Below are positions 9,715-18,937 of a stretch of 64,000 nucleotides of DNA, piece by piece. Within the stretch, counting starts at the first letter, position 1. Each line of letters opens with the position of its first letter. The DNA comes from a virus. Position numbers and translations under genes: made by a program. The notes below the pieces were generated by a model. That model had not been told where the DNA came from. It did no database searches and worked only from the letters and a program-made list of their open reading frames with translations. The DNA is taken from IMG/VR virus record IMGVR_UViG_3300050821_016964, positions 5,794 through 69,793 of that record; one strand, written 5' to 3'.

Positions 9715-11216
9715 TCGAATAATCCTCCTATCGGATTTCCTCGATACATAGCTCGTGCGCCTGGGACTCCCGGAGTCTTGGCAGTCTTGTTGCCCTTAAC
9801 ACCAACACGAAGCTTGCCCAACATCTGCTGAACCAGCCTATTATTTCCCTGCCCGAGTTCGAAAGAGAAAAATGGAACTGCGCCAGACAACCGTGATTGG
9901 ATCTCCGGCCCAAACGCCATCATGAGCGCCTTCTCCTGATCAGGAGTCAGCGAGCCAAATGGCTCAAGCTGCTGTAGCGCACCCATCAGCGAATTTGGCA
10001 GTCCCAAGCTCTTGAGGCGCTCCGCACCTGATGGCGTAAGACCGATCTCCTCCTGAAGTCCAGGTGGTAGCGGAACATTGGCTCCTGCAAGAGTCGCGGC
10101 TCGAAATGTCGGATTTTGAAGCTTGGCCTGATCGGCGGCAATTTTCTCTCGCTCAATCTTGTTGGATTCAGGCAATGCCGCTGCCTGAGCAGTAAGAAGC
10201 CCGGACTCCGCCTGAGCCTTCTGCCGTTGCATCGGCAGTTGTTCCCGCTCCAAGGCCAAGCGACCTTCCCCAAGCCTGGCACTCGCCGCGTGTGCCGTTG
10301 CTTCTGACCGGAGTGTCGCAACTCGTGCATCAATCTCAGCACGTCGCTGGGGATCGTTGTATTTCTCCCGCTCAAAAGCGAGCGCCTGCGCGGCCTGCTC
10401 CTTCTCGAATGCAAGCCGAGATTGCCCCAAGCCAACGCCTGCCTCTGTCGCTCGGGCTGTCGCGCCATGAGCCTGAGCCTGCGCTTCGGCTGCGCCAGCT
10501 TGCTTGAGGCCAATCTGCCGCTCCATTTCGCCTGCCGCCTGTCCCTGATACTCCTGATTAAACCCAACGGCGTTCCGGAGACTCTCGGAGTTGCTCGCCA
10601 AGCCTCCCCGCGCAAGCATCGCATCCACCACTCGTTGCTGATTCGTCAGACGATCCTGCGATCCCAATGCCTCTTGCAAAGGATTGACGGTAAATTCCCG
10701 CGTCCCTGGATCGGCGCGAAAGACCGTGGCACCCAATGGCGATTGGCTCGACTGCATCCACTGACCACGGCTCATGCCACCGTGGTACTTCGCAAACAGA
10801 TCCGAAAGTTCTTTCCTGTGAGCCGCAATCCGAGGATAATCGTTGACGCCAGAGCCAGCCGCCTGAGCTACGTCTGCGTGCTGGTTAATCAGGTTCAATT
10901 CGGCTTGTCCAAATGGTATCGGAGCCTGAGGAGCCACGGATTGCATGCCGGGAGCCGGCGCGGCCATCGCCTGACTTCGCGCTAGGTTCGCCGCCACATC
11001 CTGACCGACTCGTCCCCACTTCGCCGTATCCCGTTCGGCTCCTCCAGAGCCAAACACAACTGGGGGCGGCGACATCTTGATGCTACCGTCCGGCATGCGC
11101 ACGCCCGGCTTGGGAGGAACCGCACGAATACGACCTGGCGCATTGATCCCCACTCGCTTAGGCGCAAACGAAATATCGGGATTGTCGAAAATCAGGTCCG
11201 TCGCGAAGTCTGCCAT
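9711..11216 (-). CDS. probable DNA ejection / internal virion protein
   Basis: Ala/Gln/Glu-rich coiled-coil composition; position after pilot-like gene; lower GC than flanks. Confidence 0.55.
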   Translation of the reverse strand: MADFATDLIFDNPDISFAPKRVGINAPGRIRAVPPKPGVRMPDGSIKMSPPPVVFGSGGAERDTAKWGRVGQDVAANLARSQAMAAPAPGMQSVAPQAPIPFGQAELNLINQHADVAQAAGSGVNDYPRIAAHRKELSDLFAKYHGGMSRGQWMQSSQSPLGATVFRADPGTREFTVNPLQEALGSQDRLTNQQRVVDAMLARGGLASNSESLRNAVGFNQEYQGQAAGEMERQIGLKQAGAAEAQAQAHGATARATEAGVGLGQSRLAFEKEQAAQALAFEREKYNDPQRRAEIDARVATLRSEATAHAASARLGEGRLALEREQLPMQRQKAQAESGLLTAQAAALPESNKIEREKIAADQAKLQNPTFRAATLAGANVPLPPGLQEEIGLTPSGAERLKSLGLPNSLMGALQQLEPFGSLTPDQEKALMMAFGPEIQSRLSGAVPFFSFELGQGNNRLVQQMLGKLRVGVKGNKTAKTPGVPGARAMYRGNPIGGLFE

Positions 11217-11219
11217 AGA

Positions 11220-12107
11220 TCACCCCGAGAAGGACGCCAGCGCCGCGAGAATCGCATTTTGTTTCTGCGCCTGCACCTGTGCCAGCGCTGCCTGGTAGTC
11301 GAGCGCCGAGCCATACTCGCTGGCCTGGGCCCCGACCTGGGAACCATACTCCTGCGCGCCCACGCCGGCCGCCCCGATATTGGTTTGCGCGGCTTGGTTC
11401 TGGGCGTTCGTCGCGCCCGCCACGTTCTGGGCCAGAGCCTGGCCGAAGTAATTCGCCTGGAGCGCCTTGGCCAGGGGCGACGTCGCCCCCAGCCCGCTGC
11501 CGGCAAGCTGCTGGGTCGCCGTCTTGGCCTGCCCCTTGGCCTGTCCCCAGTTTTGCGCGTTGTTCAGGTTGATGTTCGCCTGAAGCTGCGAGGGCGAGAT
11601 CCCCAGCCCCGCCGGCACTCCGGTAGGCGGTGCCGCCACGTTGGGCGCAGGGGCCGCGCTGCCGTACCCGTAGTTCCCGACGGCGCCTCCGCCTCCGCCA
11701 CCCGAGCCACCACCGCCAATCCCCGCCTGGCCCGCAAGCCCCTGGAAGTAGGGCAAGAGCGTGTTGAACCTACCCTGCTGGTTCTGAGCCGACAGGAGGG
11801 CCGGAGCCGCACTGGACACCGCCGCCTGCTCCTGAGCCTGCGCCCCCTGCTGAGCTCCATACTCCTGGGCCTGAGCCCCGATCTGAGCCTGCTGGTTGCC
11901 GTACTGCCCCTGGAGGCCAGCGATCTGGGTGGCGTACTGGCCCTGCTGCTGGCCCTGCTGGAGCTGGTACTGGTTCTGCTGCGCGGCCTGGGCCTGGCTC
12001 CCGGCGTTAAAGCCACCACCGCCGGCCGGTTGCATCAGAGCCGCGTTCAGCGCATTCAGACCCGATGGCGAATTGGCACCCCCCGAGAAGAAGCCGGCGC
12101 TCGACAT
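11220..12107 (-). CDS. DNA pilot/ejection protein (P22 gp7-like composition)
   Basis: Gln/Ala/Gly-rich, 'QQLAGSGLGATS' motif, position after tail genes. Confidence 0.6.
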   Translation of the reverse strand: MSSAGFFSGGANSPSGLNALNAALMQPAGGGGFNAGSQAQAAQQNQYQLQQGQQQGQYATQIAGLQGQYGNQQAQIGAQAQEYGAQQGAQAQEQAAVSSAAPALLSAQNQQGRFNTLLPYFQGLAGQAGIGGGGSGGGGGGAVGNYGYGSAAPAPNVAAPPTGVPAGLGISPSQLQANINLNNAQNWGQAKGQAKTATQQLAGSGLGATSPLAKALQANYFGQALAQNVAGATNAQNQAAQTNIGAAGVGAQEYGSQVGAQASEYGSALDYQAALAQVQAQKQNAILAALASFSG

Positions 12108-12161
12108 TACAATAGCCCTCGTCTCGCTCTAACTTACCACCCGCTCCCAGGATACCCACCT

Positions 12162-13511
12162 ATGGGCAGCCCGATCAATCAGGTGCACGGATTCCCCCGG
12201 TTCCCCAACAGTCCAACACCCCAGAGCTTTCTTCGGAGGAGCGCATTTCTGGACGGCATCTTGAAGTGTTTCTATGGACCGGGCCAACCTCCCGACTCGG
12301 GAGCTCAACCAGGCCTGGATGCAGAGGGCAACGAGAGCATCAAGGTCTACCAGCCGCCTACTGACTGGGCTCCCGTGAACGCCTTTCTGCGGATCCCCCA
12401 GGTCGTCTTCCTGTCCAAAAGCGTATATCAACAATTGGGGTTGGGAACCGTGGCGCTCGTTTGCTGGACCCAGGCGCACTATAACTACACCACCTGGGGA
12501 AGCACTGGCCCAGACGGAGACTGCGAGGGAGCATATTACGATCCCACGGCAATCATCTGGACCCAAGCCGAACTGGAGGGTACCGCTCCCATCACGGATT
12601 CCGAGCAAGCCGAAGACGCTCGCCTCACCAGCCTATTCGAGGAGGTCGCCTCTCGCCTCACCATCCTGAGACCAGGGCGAACGTTCGTGACCTACTGGAG
12701 CGAGTGGGACATCGCGAACCCCGATAGTTTTGGCGGTCCATACGGCATGGATTACACCATGCGGCATCTCTTAGCCCCCCCGCTCACGGAAACCGTGTTC
12801 CTCGGGACTGACTTCCTACACATCTACTGCGGACTCCCTGTCTATGACAACGCGAGCCGCTTTAGCGCCGGACGTGTCTTCGCATTCACCACCACCTCTC
12901 CCGAAGATCCCACATCTTTCACGCCATTCAACTCCTCGTACGCCAGGCTCGCCCAGGCTTACCCCCTCTTCCGTCGCTACGCCGCTTGGGTCTATGCCAA
13001 CCGCTTCGACGGAAACGGCATCGACTGGACCGCCAACGACGGCGTTACCGTGGAAGACACAAGCATCGCGGACGAATCAGGAGACGCGTCGTATCCCCAA
13101 TACCCTTTCGGAAGTTACTCGTACGACTTTTCCGCTGGTCCATGCAGTCCCGTAATCACTTGGGTTCCCGGTGGCAGCCCGGTCGCCAATCCGTTCCTGT
13201 CGACCGATATTCCGTACTTCCCATCACACTTCGCCGTCCCCGATCCCATCGTCGGCGCACCCGGCCCTCTGATTCCCGACGCCTCCATCGCCGCCGCGCT
13301 TGCGCCTGTACTGTCGGACCAGATGGCCACAACCAACACGCAGGAGGAGACGGCCGGCGAGTGGCTGAAAGCCACATGCGACCTGTGCAGCGACTTCGGT
13401 GTCCAGTTCATGGGCGCCTCGACGGCTCTGACCGCCGACGACGTGGTCACCATGATCGCCGCATGGTTCGGGTTCGACCCGCTTACGGGAAAGGATTTAC
13501 CGTCGCCCTAA
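12162..13511 (+). CDS. hypothetical acidic/aromatic protein, antisense to structural operon
   Basis: Protein-like part of ORF 11259..13511 begins MGSPINQVHG; stop overlaps the convergent gene. Confidence 0.7.
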   Translation: MGSPINQVHGFPRFPNSPTPQSFLRRSAFLDGILKCFYGPGQPPDSGAQPGLDAEGNESIKVYQPPTDWAPVNAFLRIPQVVFLSKSVYQQLGLGTVALVCWTQAHYNYTTWGSTGPDGDCEGAYYDPTAIIWTQAELEGTAPITDSEQAEDARLTSLFEEVASRLTILRPGRTFVTYWSEWDIANPDSFGGPYGMDYTMRHLLAPPLTETVFLGTDFLHIYCGLPVYDNASRFSAGRVFAFTTTSPEDPTSFTPFNSSYARLAQAYPLFRRYAAWVYANRFDGNGIDWTANDGVTVEDTSIADESGDASYPQYPFGSYSYDFSAGPCSPVITWVPGGSPVANPFLSTDIPYFPSHFAVPDPIVGAPGPLIPDASIAAALAPVLSDQMATTNTQEETAGEWLKATCDLCSDFGVQFMGASTALTADDVVTMIAAWFGFDPLTGKDLPSP

Positions 13512-14281
13512 CTTAACCAAATTGGGGCCTGGAACTGGAACGTGACGAGCGTCTGAGACTCAGCCGGGGGAGGCGGGTTCGTCACCACGACGAACTGGTG
13601 GAGAGCCTCGATCCACGTCCCTGCGGGAAGCTGATCGAGCGGGTTGAACTGAGGGATCGTCGCCATCACCGGAGACCCCGATGTCTTGCTCTTCAGATCC
13701 ACGGGCATGTTCGGACCGGGGGGATTCGTGATCGGCTGCGTCGAGCCGTTGCCGAAGATGTTCACCAAGTAGGAGCCACCCGATCCCGAGACGACCTGCG
13801 CCAGGAAGATCGTCGTCCCTGCGGTGGTAGGCAAGCCAATCGGCACTCCGTTCCAGAGGTAGAAGCTGCCGTTCAGGTTGATGGGTGCGTCCGAGAGCGT
13901 GATCCCATCGGGGCCGATCTCGATGCCGCCGATCTTGATCCCCCCAGGGCCACCCCCGCCGGAGTCCCCACTCTGGGCATTGGCCCCGAAGTTGATGGTC
14001 CCCCCGTTCATGTTCAGACCGTTGGTTCCTGCCGGGCTATTGATCGTCAGCGGCGAGTTCATCGTGACGGGCGCGTTCTGGGTCTGGGGGATCGAGTCAT
14101 CCAGCATGGCATAGAGCTCTTGCGCCAGCAGGGTTGCCCCCACAGGCCGGATGTCCCCCGTCGTCGGGTCCGCCTTGATCACGCCATCCCACGTCTCGCG
14201 CAAGAGCCTCGTGGCCTGATCGCCAAAGAAGCCCAGGAAGAAACAGAAGGGCAGCGCAATCAGCCAGTCATACCAGTGCAT
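13508..14281 (-). CDS. putative virion structural protein
   Basis: ORF track, GGAGG RBS, within tail operon. Confidence 0.55.
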   Translation of the reverse strand: MHWYDWLIALPFCFFLGFFGDQATRLLRETWDGVIKADPTTGDIRPVGATLLAQELYAMLDDSIPQTQNAPVTMNSPLTINSPAGTNGLNMNGGTINFGANAQSGDSGGGGPGGIKIGGIEIGPDGITLSDAPINLNGSFYLWNGVPIGLPTTAGTTIFLAQVVSGSGGSYLVNIFGNGSTQPITNPPGPNMPVDLKSKTSGSPVMATIPQFNPLDQLPAGTWIEALHQFVVVTNPPPPAESQTLVTFQFQAPIWLS

Positions 14282-16864
14282 CTAACCCACCGCCTCCGCT
14301 CCATTGACCGTGATCCTAAACACGCGGATAGGCTCCTCGACCTGGACCCCGGAGATCTCGGGGCTCACGTACCGATCGCCCGATACGTTAAGTTCCAAGT
14401 GCCCTTCCAGCCGCAAGATGGCTCGCCCCTGCCGCTGGGTGAGGTCGACGATGCCCACTGGGTCACCCGCCGTGATCAGGATGGAGCCGTCAGCATCCCG
14501 GGTCCACGGGCGCGGCTCTTCGATGTGGTTGTAGTAGAGCTGGAGATCCGCCGTCCCCACGCTGACCGGCACAAAGCTGATCTCCACGTCGCGGGCGTTA
14601 TCCGCTTCCAGATCGTTGCTAAAGCGAAACCAGCCTGCTCGCCACTGGTAGTCGATGCCGCCGACGACGTACTCATCCCCTGGCCGGGGGATGCACAGCC
14701 AGGGAGTGAGCACGTCCAGGCGGGTAGCGCTTCGTGCCACCACCCGGCGCCACTGCCCCTTGCTCGTGCCGGCCGTCATGAAGACCGCCAGGTTCACCGA
14801 GTCGGGCGAGAAGTTGGCGCCTAGATCCGTCAGGGAGGTGGCCGAGGAAGAGCCCACGGTTCCACGCACGGTTGCCCCTGGAGTCCGTAAGCCATCCGTC
14901 CAGCCCACGTTGAGACAGCCCATTTCGCGATGGTCCATACCAAAGAATACTCGGGCAATCCCCACATTGGCGTGCGTACTGGAGCAGACCGGACGATGGT
15001 ACTCCTCAATCCACCACCGGTTCTGTCTGTAGTTGAAGCAGATCGCATGGCGTGGATATTTACTCCCGGTCATCGCCACGAACCACCGGACGGTCGCGTG
15101 GACCTCCGAGTAGCAGGCGTGCCAGAACGTCGTGGGCGCGTCCCAGTTCACCCGGAGCGGGCTCGGGCTGTCGTCGCGGAAGATGTCCTGGATCGGCTCG
15201 CTGATCGCCTGAGAGATCCCCCCGGTGAAGGCGTGGATTCCCTGCTCGTCGAGCATGTACGCCGTGTCCTCGGCCTGCACCCAGCACCTTTGATTGATAC
15301 ACCCCCGCTGAGAGGACAAGAACACCGCGCCGTCCGTGGCGGGATCGTCCTTGAAGGTGAACCGGTAGATATGCCGGTTCTCAAGGATGTAGAGGAAACT
15401 GGAGAGCGCCATCAGGCCCGTGAGTTCGTCGCCATCCTCTTGGAGCTCCAGGGCATAGATGGGCGGCCAGCCCTCGGGAAGGCCCGCTTGGGTGTAGTAG
15501 ACGAGGCGCCATTCTCCCGGTGCGGGCCTGATGGCGTAGAACGCAAATAGGCTCGAACTATCGGTGTACAGGCTGTCCAGGGTCAGCACCTGGTTGACGG
15601 TATCTACCGAGTCGATCAGGTACGTCGAGTTGGCCCCGACCACGTAGAGCGTGCGCCCCGCCATCGTGACGGGCCAGCGGGTTCCAGTGCCGTAGACATG
15701 GTTCGACCCGGCCGTTACCAGGACGTGCCCATCCGTGTAGACCCCATCGACCGCGGCGAAGACACGGCCCAGGAACGGAGCCAGGGCCGACTTCCACGAA
15801 GGGGGGAAGCTGTTCAGGTTCGCCAGGCTGTTCCCCAACTCATCGAACAGGGGGACCGGCGTGTTGCCCAGGATGTCCGTGTCGGAGTTGTTGCTGACGA
15901 AGAGCGTCGACTCCAGATCCTGCGTGTCGATGTCCACGTAGAAGGTCGAGGCCTGCCCCGCTGTGTTCCTGAGGATCTGTCGCCCCACCACCTTGATCGC
16001 GAAGGGGCCATCGGGAAGGGGAACGTCCACGTAGGTTGTCTGGCTGACGGAACTGGCCCCCTGCATGCCAAGGGGAGTAAGAACCACATCAAACAGCAAG
16101 AACCTTGCGATAATCTCGGGCACAGTAAACGTTTGCACGTTCGTTACGGTTACCGTATCACCGGGAGGGTAAACTGTGATGTCCTGACCACCAGCGTAAA
16201 ACACACCGGTCGCCGGTGCTGTTTCATCCACGGTGTAATAGAGAAACGCCGAATTAATCCCAAAGCCATCAGGAAGCGAAGGACTATAGCCAGGAATAAA
16301 AGTGATCGCCGGGTTTGAAATCGGGCTCAGATCACTGAAATTCCCATATTCATCGTAGTAACGAACATAGGCAAAGTAATCGAAATTCTCTCCGCTGATC
16401 ACCGTGTTGATCGTCTCAGTGCCATTCTGTCCACCCGACCAAGATGTGGTGGTGGTCATGAGGATGTTGCTAAACGCCCCCGTCAGCCAGACCTGACCGA
16501 TCGGCTCATCCGGCGCGGGCACGCCCGCCACCTGCGCCTGGAGCTTCTGCCCGTCCCAGCGAAGCATGGGATCGATGCCGTTTGCCATCAGCACGAGGCC
16601 ATCGAAGACGGGCACGATGTTGAGGGGATACCCGGGCGTCAGATCATCCCGGATCACAGCCCGGAGAAGGGTGGGCTCGCCATCGAGGATGTTACGGCCC
16701 CACGACTGGGCCGCCAGGACGATCGTCGCTTGCGGCAGGATCAGGAAACCCGAGGTCTCGGAGCACGAGGCCGACAGGACGATCGTGGCCGTGGCCAGCC
16801 CGGGATACTGCGCCGTGGCCGTCAGGACAATCGTCGCGCTGGACGTGACGGTGTAAGTGGCCAT
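14282..16864 (-). CDS. tail stabilisation / tail tubular protein B-like (P22 gp10-like)
   Basis: 860 aa, beta-rich, 'DGDELTGL', 'RGCINQRCW', 'AISEPIQDIF' pattern typical of podovirus nozzle proteins. Confidence 0.65.
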   Translation of the reverse strand: MATYTVTSSATIVLTATAQYPGLATATIVLSASCSETSGFLILPQATIVLAAQSWGRNILDGEPTLLRAVIRDDLTPGYPLNIVPVFDGLVLMANGIDPMLRWDGQKLQAQVAGVPAPDEPIGQVWLTGAFSNILMTTTTSWSGGQNGTETINTVISGENFDYFAYVRYYDEYGNFSDLSPISNPAITFIPGYSPSLPDGFGINSAFLYYTVDETAPATGVFYAGGQDITVYPPGDTVTVTNVQTFTVPEIIARFLLFDVVLTPLGMQGASSVSQTTYVDVPLPDGPFAIKVVGRQILRNTAGQASTFYVDIDTQDLESTLFVSNNSDTDILGNTPVPLFDELGNSLANLNSFPPSWKSALAPFLGRVFAAVDGVYTDGHVLVTAGSNHVYGTGTRWPVTMAGRTLYVVGANSTYLIDSVDTVNQVLTLDSLYTDSSSLFAFYAIRPAPGEWRLVYYTQAGLPEGWPPIYALELQEDGDELTGLMALSSFLYILENRHIYRFTFKDDPATDGAVFLSSQRGCINQRCWVQAEDTAYMLDEQGIHAFTGGISQAISEPIQDIFRDDSPSPLRVNWDAPTTFWHACYSEVHATVRWFVAMTGSKYPRHAICFNYRQNRWWIEEYHRPVCSSTHANVGIARVFFGMDHREMGCLNVGWTDGLRTPGATVRGTVGSSSATSLTDLGANFSPDSVNLAVFMTAGTSKGQWRRVVARSATRLDVLTPWLCIPRPGDEYVVGGIDYQWRAGWFRFSNDLEADNARDVEISFVPVSVGTADLQLYYNHIEEPRPWTRDADGSILITAGDPVGIVDLTQRQGRAILRLEGHLELNVSGDRYVSPEISGVQVEEPIRVFRITVNGAEAVG

Positions 16865-16872
16865 TCATCAAG

Positions 16873-17361
16873 TTATCCAGATACCGCACTCGCAGTCATC
16901 GTCGTTTGTAGGCTGTCGCCCGAACTCACAGACTGTGTTCCACCGCTGAACGGCGCCTCCATTTCGAGCGTCCCGGACGTCCCGGTTGCCGCCGAGCAGA
17001 CGAACATGCCGTAGACGGTGTAGGTCCCGAGCATGGCGAAATTCACGGTACTGGCGTTCGTCGTCGCATTTCCTGAGACCGCCCCGTTGCCCCAGGCGGG
17101 CCGGTTGCCCATGTAACCCGTCGAGTAGGCGATCTCCGTCCAGCCAGTGTGAGAGGCCAGCGTGTCGCCGGCTAGCAGGGTGGGAGTGGGGCTGTTGTTG
17201 ATGAGCCCCAGATACCACGTCGTGATCGGTGTCCCGCCGACAAGTTCCGTACTCAGCGTGTGGGCCAACCCGGCATTGGTGAACGTGATCCCCTGCATCA
17301 TCGCACTGCTGACGATCAGGGTCAGAATCAAAGCTCCGAGGAGTACGCCAGCGGTCATCAA
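16873..17361 (-). CDS. phage structural protein
   Basis: 'TNAGLAHTL...TWYLGLI...GDTLASHTGWTE...Y.GNRPAW...GDSLQTT' resembles a common phage tail-region family. Confidence 0.65.
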   Translation of the reverse strand: MMTAGVLLGALILTLIVSSAMMQGITFTNAGLAHTLSTELVGGTPITTWYLGLINNSPTPTLLAGDTLASHTGWTEIAYSTGYMGNRPAWGNGAVSGNATTNASTVNFAMLGTYTVYGMFVCSAATGTSGTLEMEAPFSGGTQSVSSGDSLQTTMTASAVSG

Positions 17362-17750
17362 AAGTGCTCCCTTCCCGTTTTGATCTCACCCGTCGTGATC
17401 TGTAACGTGGGACTACATCCCATGACTTCGACCGTGTTCACCGGGATTTCCACCGGGACGGTGTCCGCCTCCCATTTGACTTTACCGTCAGGCCCACGGC
17501 AGACGGTGTGGGTATTGAGCACCAGCCTGGAAGGAGGCACTTCCTCCGCCTGCGCCTCGACCGTCACGAGCTCCGCTGTGATGTGCCCATGGCGCGTGAA
17601 CGCAGGGATCGGGTCACCGGCCGGTAGCATCAGGATCGCCATCGCAACCGCCTCGTATCGCCCGTCCGCCGAGCGCACGGGAATCGACACCCGCACCGTC
17701 TGGTTCCCCCCTCTGACGACGTTTACGACCCTCGCACCACCCGTAGCCAC
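17358..17750 (-). CDS. hypothetical structural protein
   Basis: 'VCRGPDGKVKWE' motif; coupled to neighbouring genes. Confidence 0.5.
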   Translation of the reverse strand: MATGGARVVNVVRGGNQTVRVSIPVRSADGRYEAVAMAILMLPAGDPIPAFTRHGHITAELVTVEAQAEEVPPSRLVLNTHTVCRGPDGKVKWEADTVPVEIPVNTVEVMGCSPTLQITTGEIKTGREHF

Positions 17751-17751
17751 G

Positions 17752-18465
17752 CTACACCCCCTCGTCCAGGTAAGGATCTTGACCCACGAGAAGCGCCCCC
17801 GAGGCCACCTGCGCCAGCACCCGGTCCCCGTCGGGCCGGCCGATCACCTGAGTCGCCAGCACTGGCCCCCCCGGATCACCCCCCGGCATCACCTCGAAAA
17901 CCTGCTGCTGGGCCTGAACCACGTCGCTGGCCTGGTACCAGTAGGCTGCCAGGTACCTGCCGGGGGCCGTCAGATAGCCCAGTCGGTAGTTCTGGCCGAA
18001 GCGACCGGAGACCTGGGCATCCGGCAGAAGCGGCAACGTAAACTCGTCTGCCAGCACACCTTCCCGGTAGATTCTGACGATCGGCGCGGCATCCGGCAAG
18101 CCAGCAGTCTCGGCCGCGGCGAAACACTGGAGCTGGAGCGGCACCTCGTCCCCTTGCTGGTACCGGCCAAGATAGTCCTCGACCTGGTGAGGCAGCATCC
18201 CCGGCACATCGGCCCGGCACCGGAGAACCAGGATCGCGCCAGCCGTCCGGGAGACCGTGAGAAATCCCCCGCCCGCGCTGGCCCTGGCCGACAGCACGAT
18301 CGAGGGGTAGGCGGCGACAGGGAAGGCGGCCACGGTCTGCGCCTGGCAGTGCAGGATCAGGACGGCCAAGGGCGTGGTGAGCAGGAAGTTGTCGAACGTC
18401 GCCGTCTCGCTGGCCGACGCCGAGAGGATGATCTCGGCCGAGGCAGTGACGCTGTACGTGGCCAC
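17752..18465 (-). CDS. structural protein, paralogous to C-terminus of 20329..23568
   Basis: DYLGRYQQGDEVPL...FEVMPGGDPGGPV vs DYLGRFQQGQEVPL...FEVLPGGDPAGPV. Confidence 0.65.
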   Translation of the reverse strand: MATYSVTASAEIILSASASETATFDNFLLTTPLAVLILHCQAQTVAAFPVAAYPSIVLSARASAGGGFLTVSRTAGAILVLRCRADVPGMLPHQVEDYLGRYQQGDEVPLQLQCFAAAETAGLPDAAPIVRIYREGVLADEFTLPLLPDAQVSGRFGQNYRLGYLTAPGRYLAAYWYQASDVVQAQQQVFEVMPGGDPGGPVLATQVIGRPDGDRVLAQVASGALLVGQDPYLDEGV

Positions 18466-18468
18466 GCA

Positions 18469-18927
18469 TCATTCCTCGATTTGTGCGGTGAGCATGATCA
18501 CCGGAGTCCCGGGAGAGGTCGCCTCGAACTGGGCCGACTGGCCCCCAGGGACAGGGATGAACAGGTCGGGAACCAAGAACTCGATCACCCCGCTCTGCGG
18601 CTGCACGTTCCACCAAAGGCCCCCGTCCGTCGGCGATGTCGGCTCTGCGCTGGCATTGGCCCCATAGGTCCCCTGAGGCGTCACGTTGTCGTTCGGGTTG
18701 TTCTTCGCCGCCACTGCCGAGGAGAAGGTCCCGAAGTTCGACGTCGATCGCGTCAGCCGGATCTTGACGGGCGTGTCCGTCCCCCCGGCCGGCTGCTGGC
18801 CCGTGAACCGCAGGCTCTTGATCACGAGCTGCTGATTCGCTGGCGCCTTGGCCTGGAGGAGGGATTTCGCTGTCGCAGCAACCAGGGTCACCTCGCCACT
18901 CGTAGCATTTACAATCACGCCCGCGAT
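18469..18927 (-). CDS. structural protein, probable ATC start
   Basis: GGAGG-TGTGTC-ATC GCG GGC; (M)AGVIVNATSGEVTLVAATAKS. Confidence 0.6.
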   Translation of the reverse strand: MAGVIVNATSGEVTLVAATAKSLLQAKAPANQQLVIKSLRFTGQQPAGGTDTPVKIRLTRSTSNFGTFSSAVAAKNNPNDNVTPQGTYGANASAEPTSPTDGGLWWNVQPQSGVIEFLVPDLFIPVPGGQSAQFEATSPGTPVIMLTAQIEE

Positions 18928-18937
18928 GACACACCTC

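Noticed and set aside
11259-12161. N-terminal 300 aa of the 750-aa plus-strand ORF
   Set aside because: Arg/Leu-rich shadow of the minus-strand pilot gene; the real start is likely 12162.
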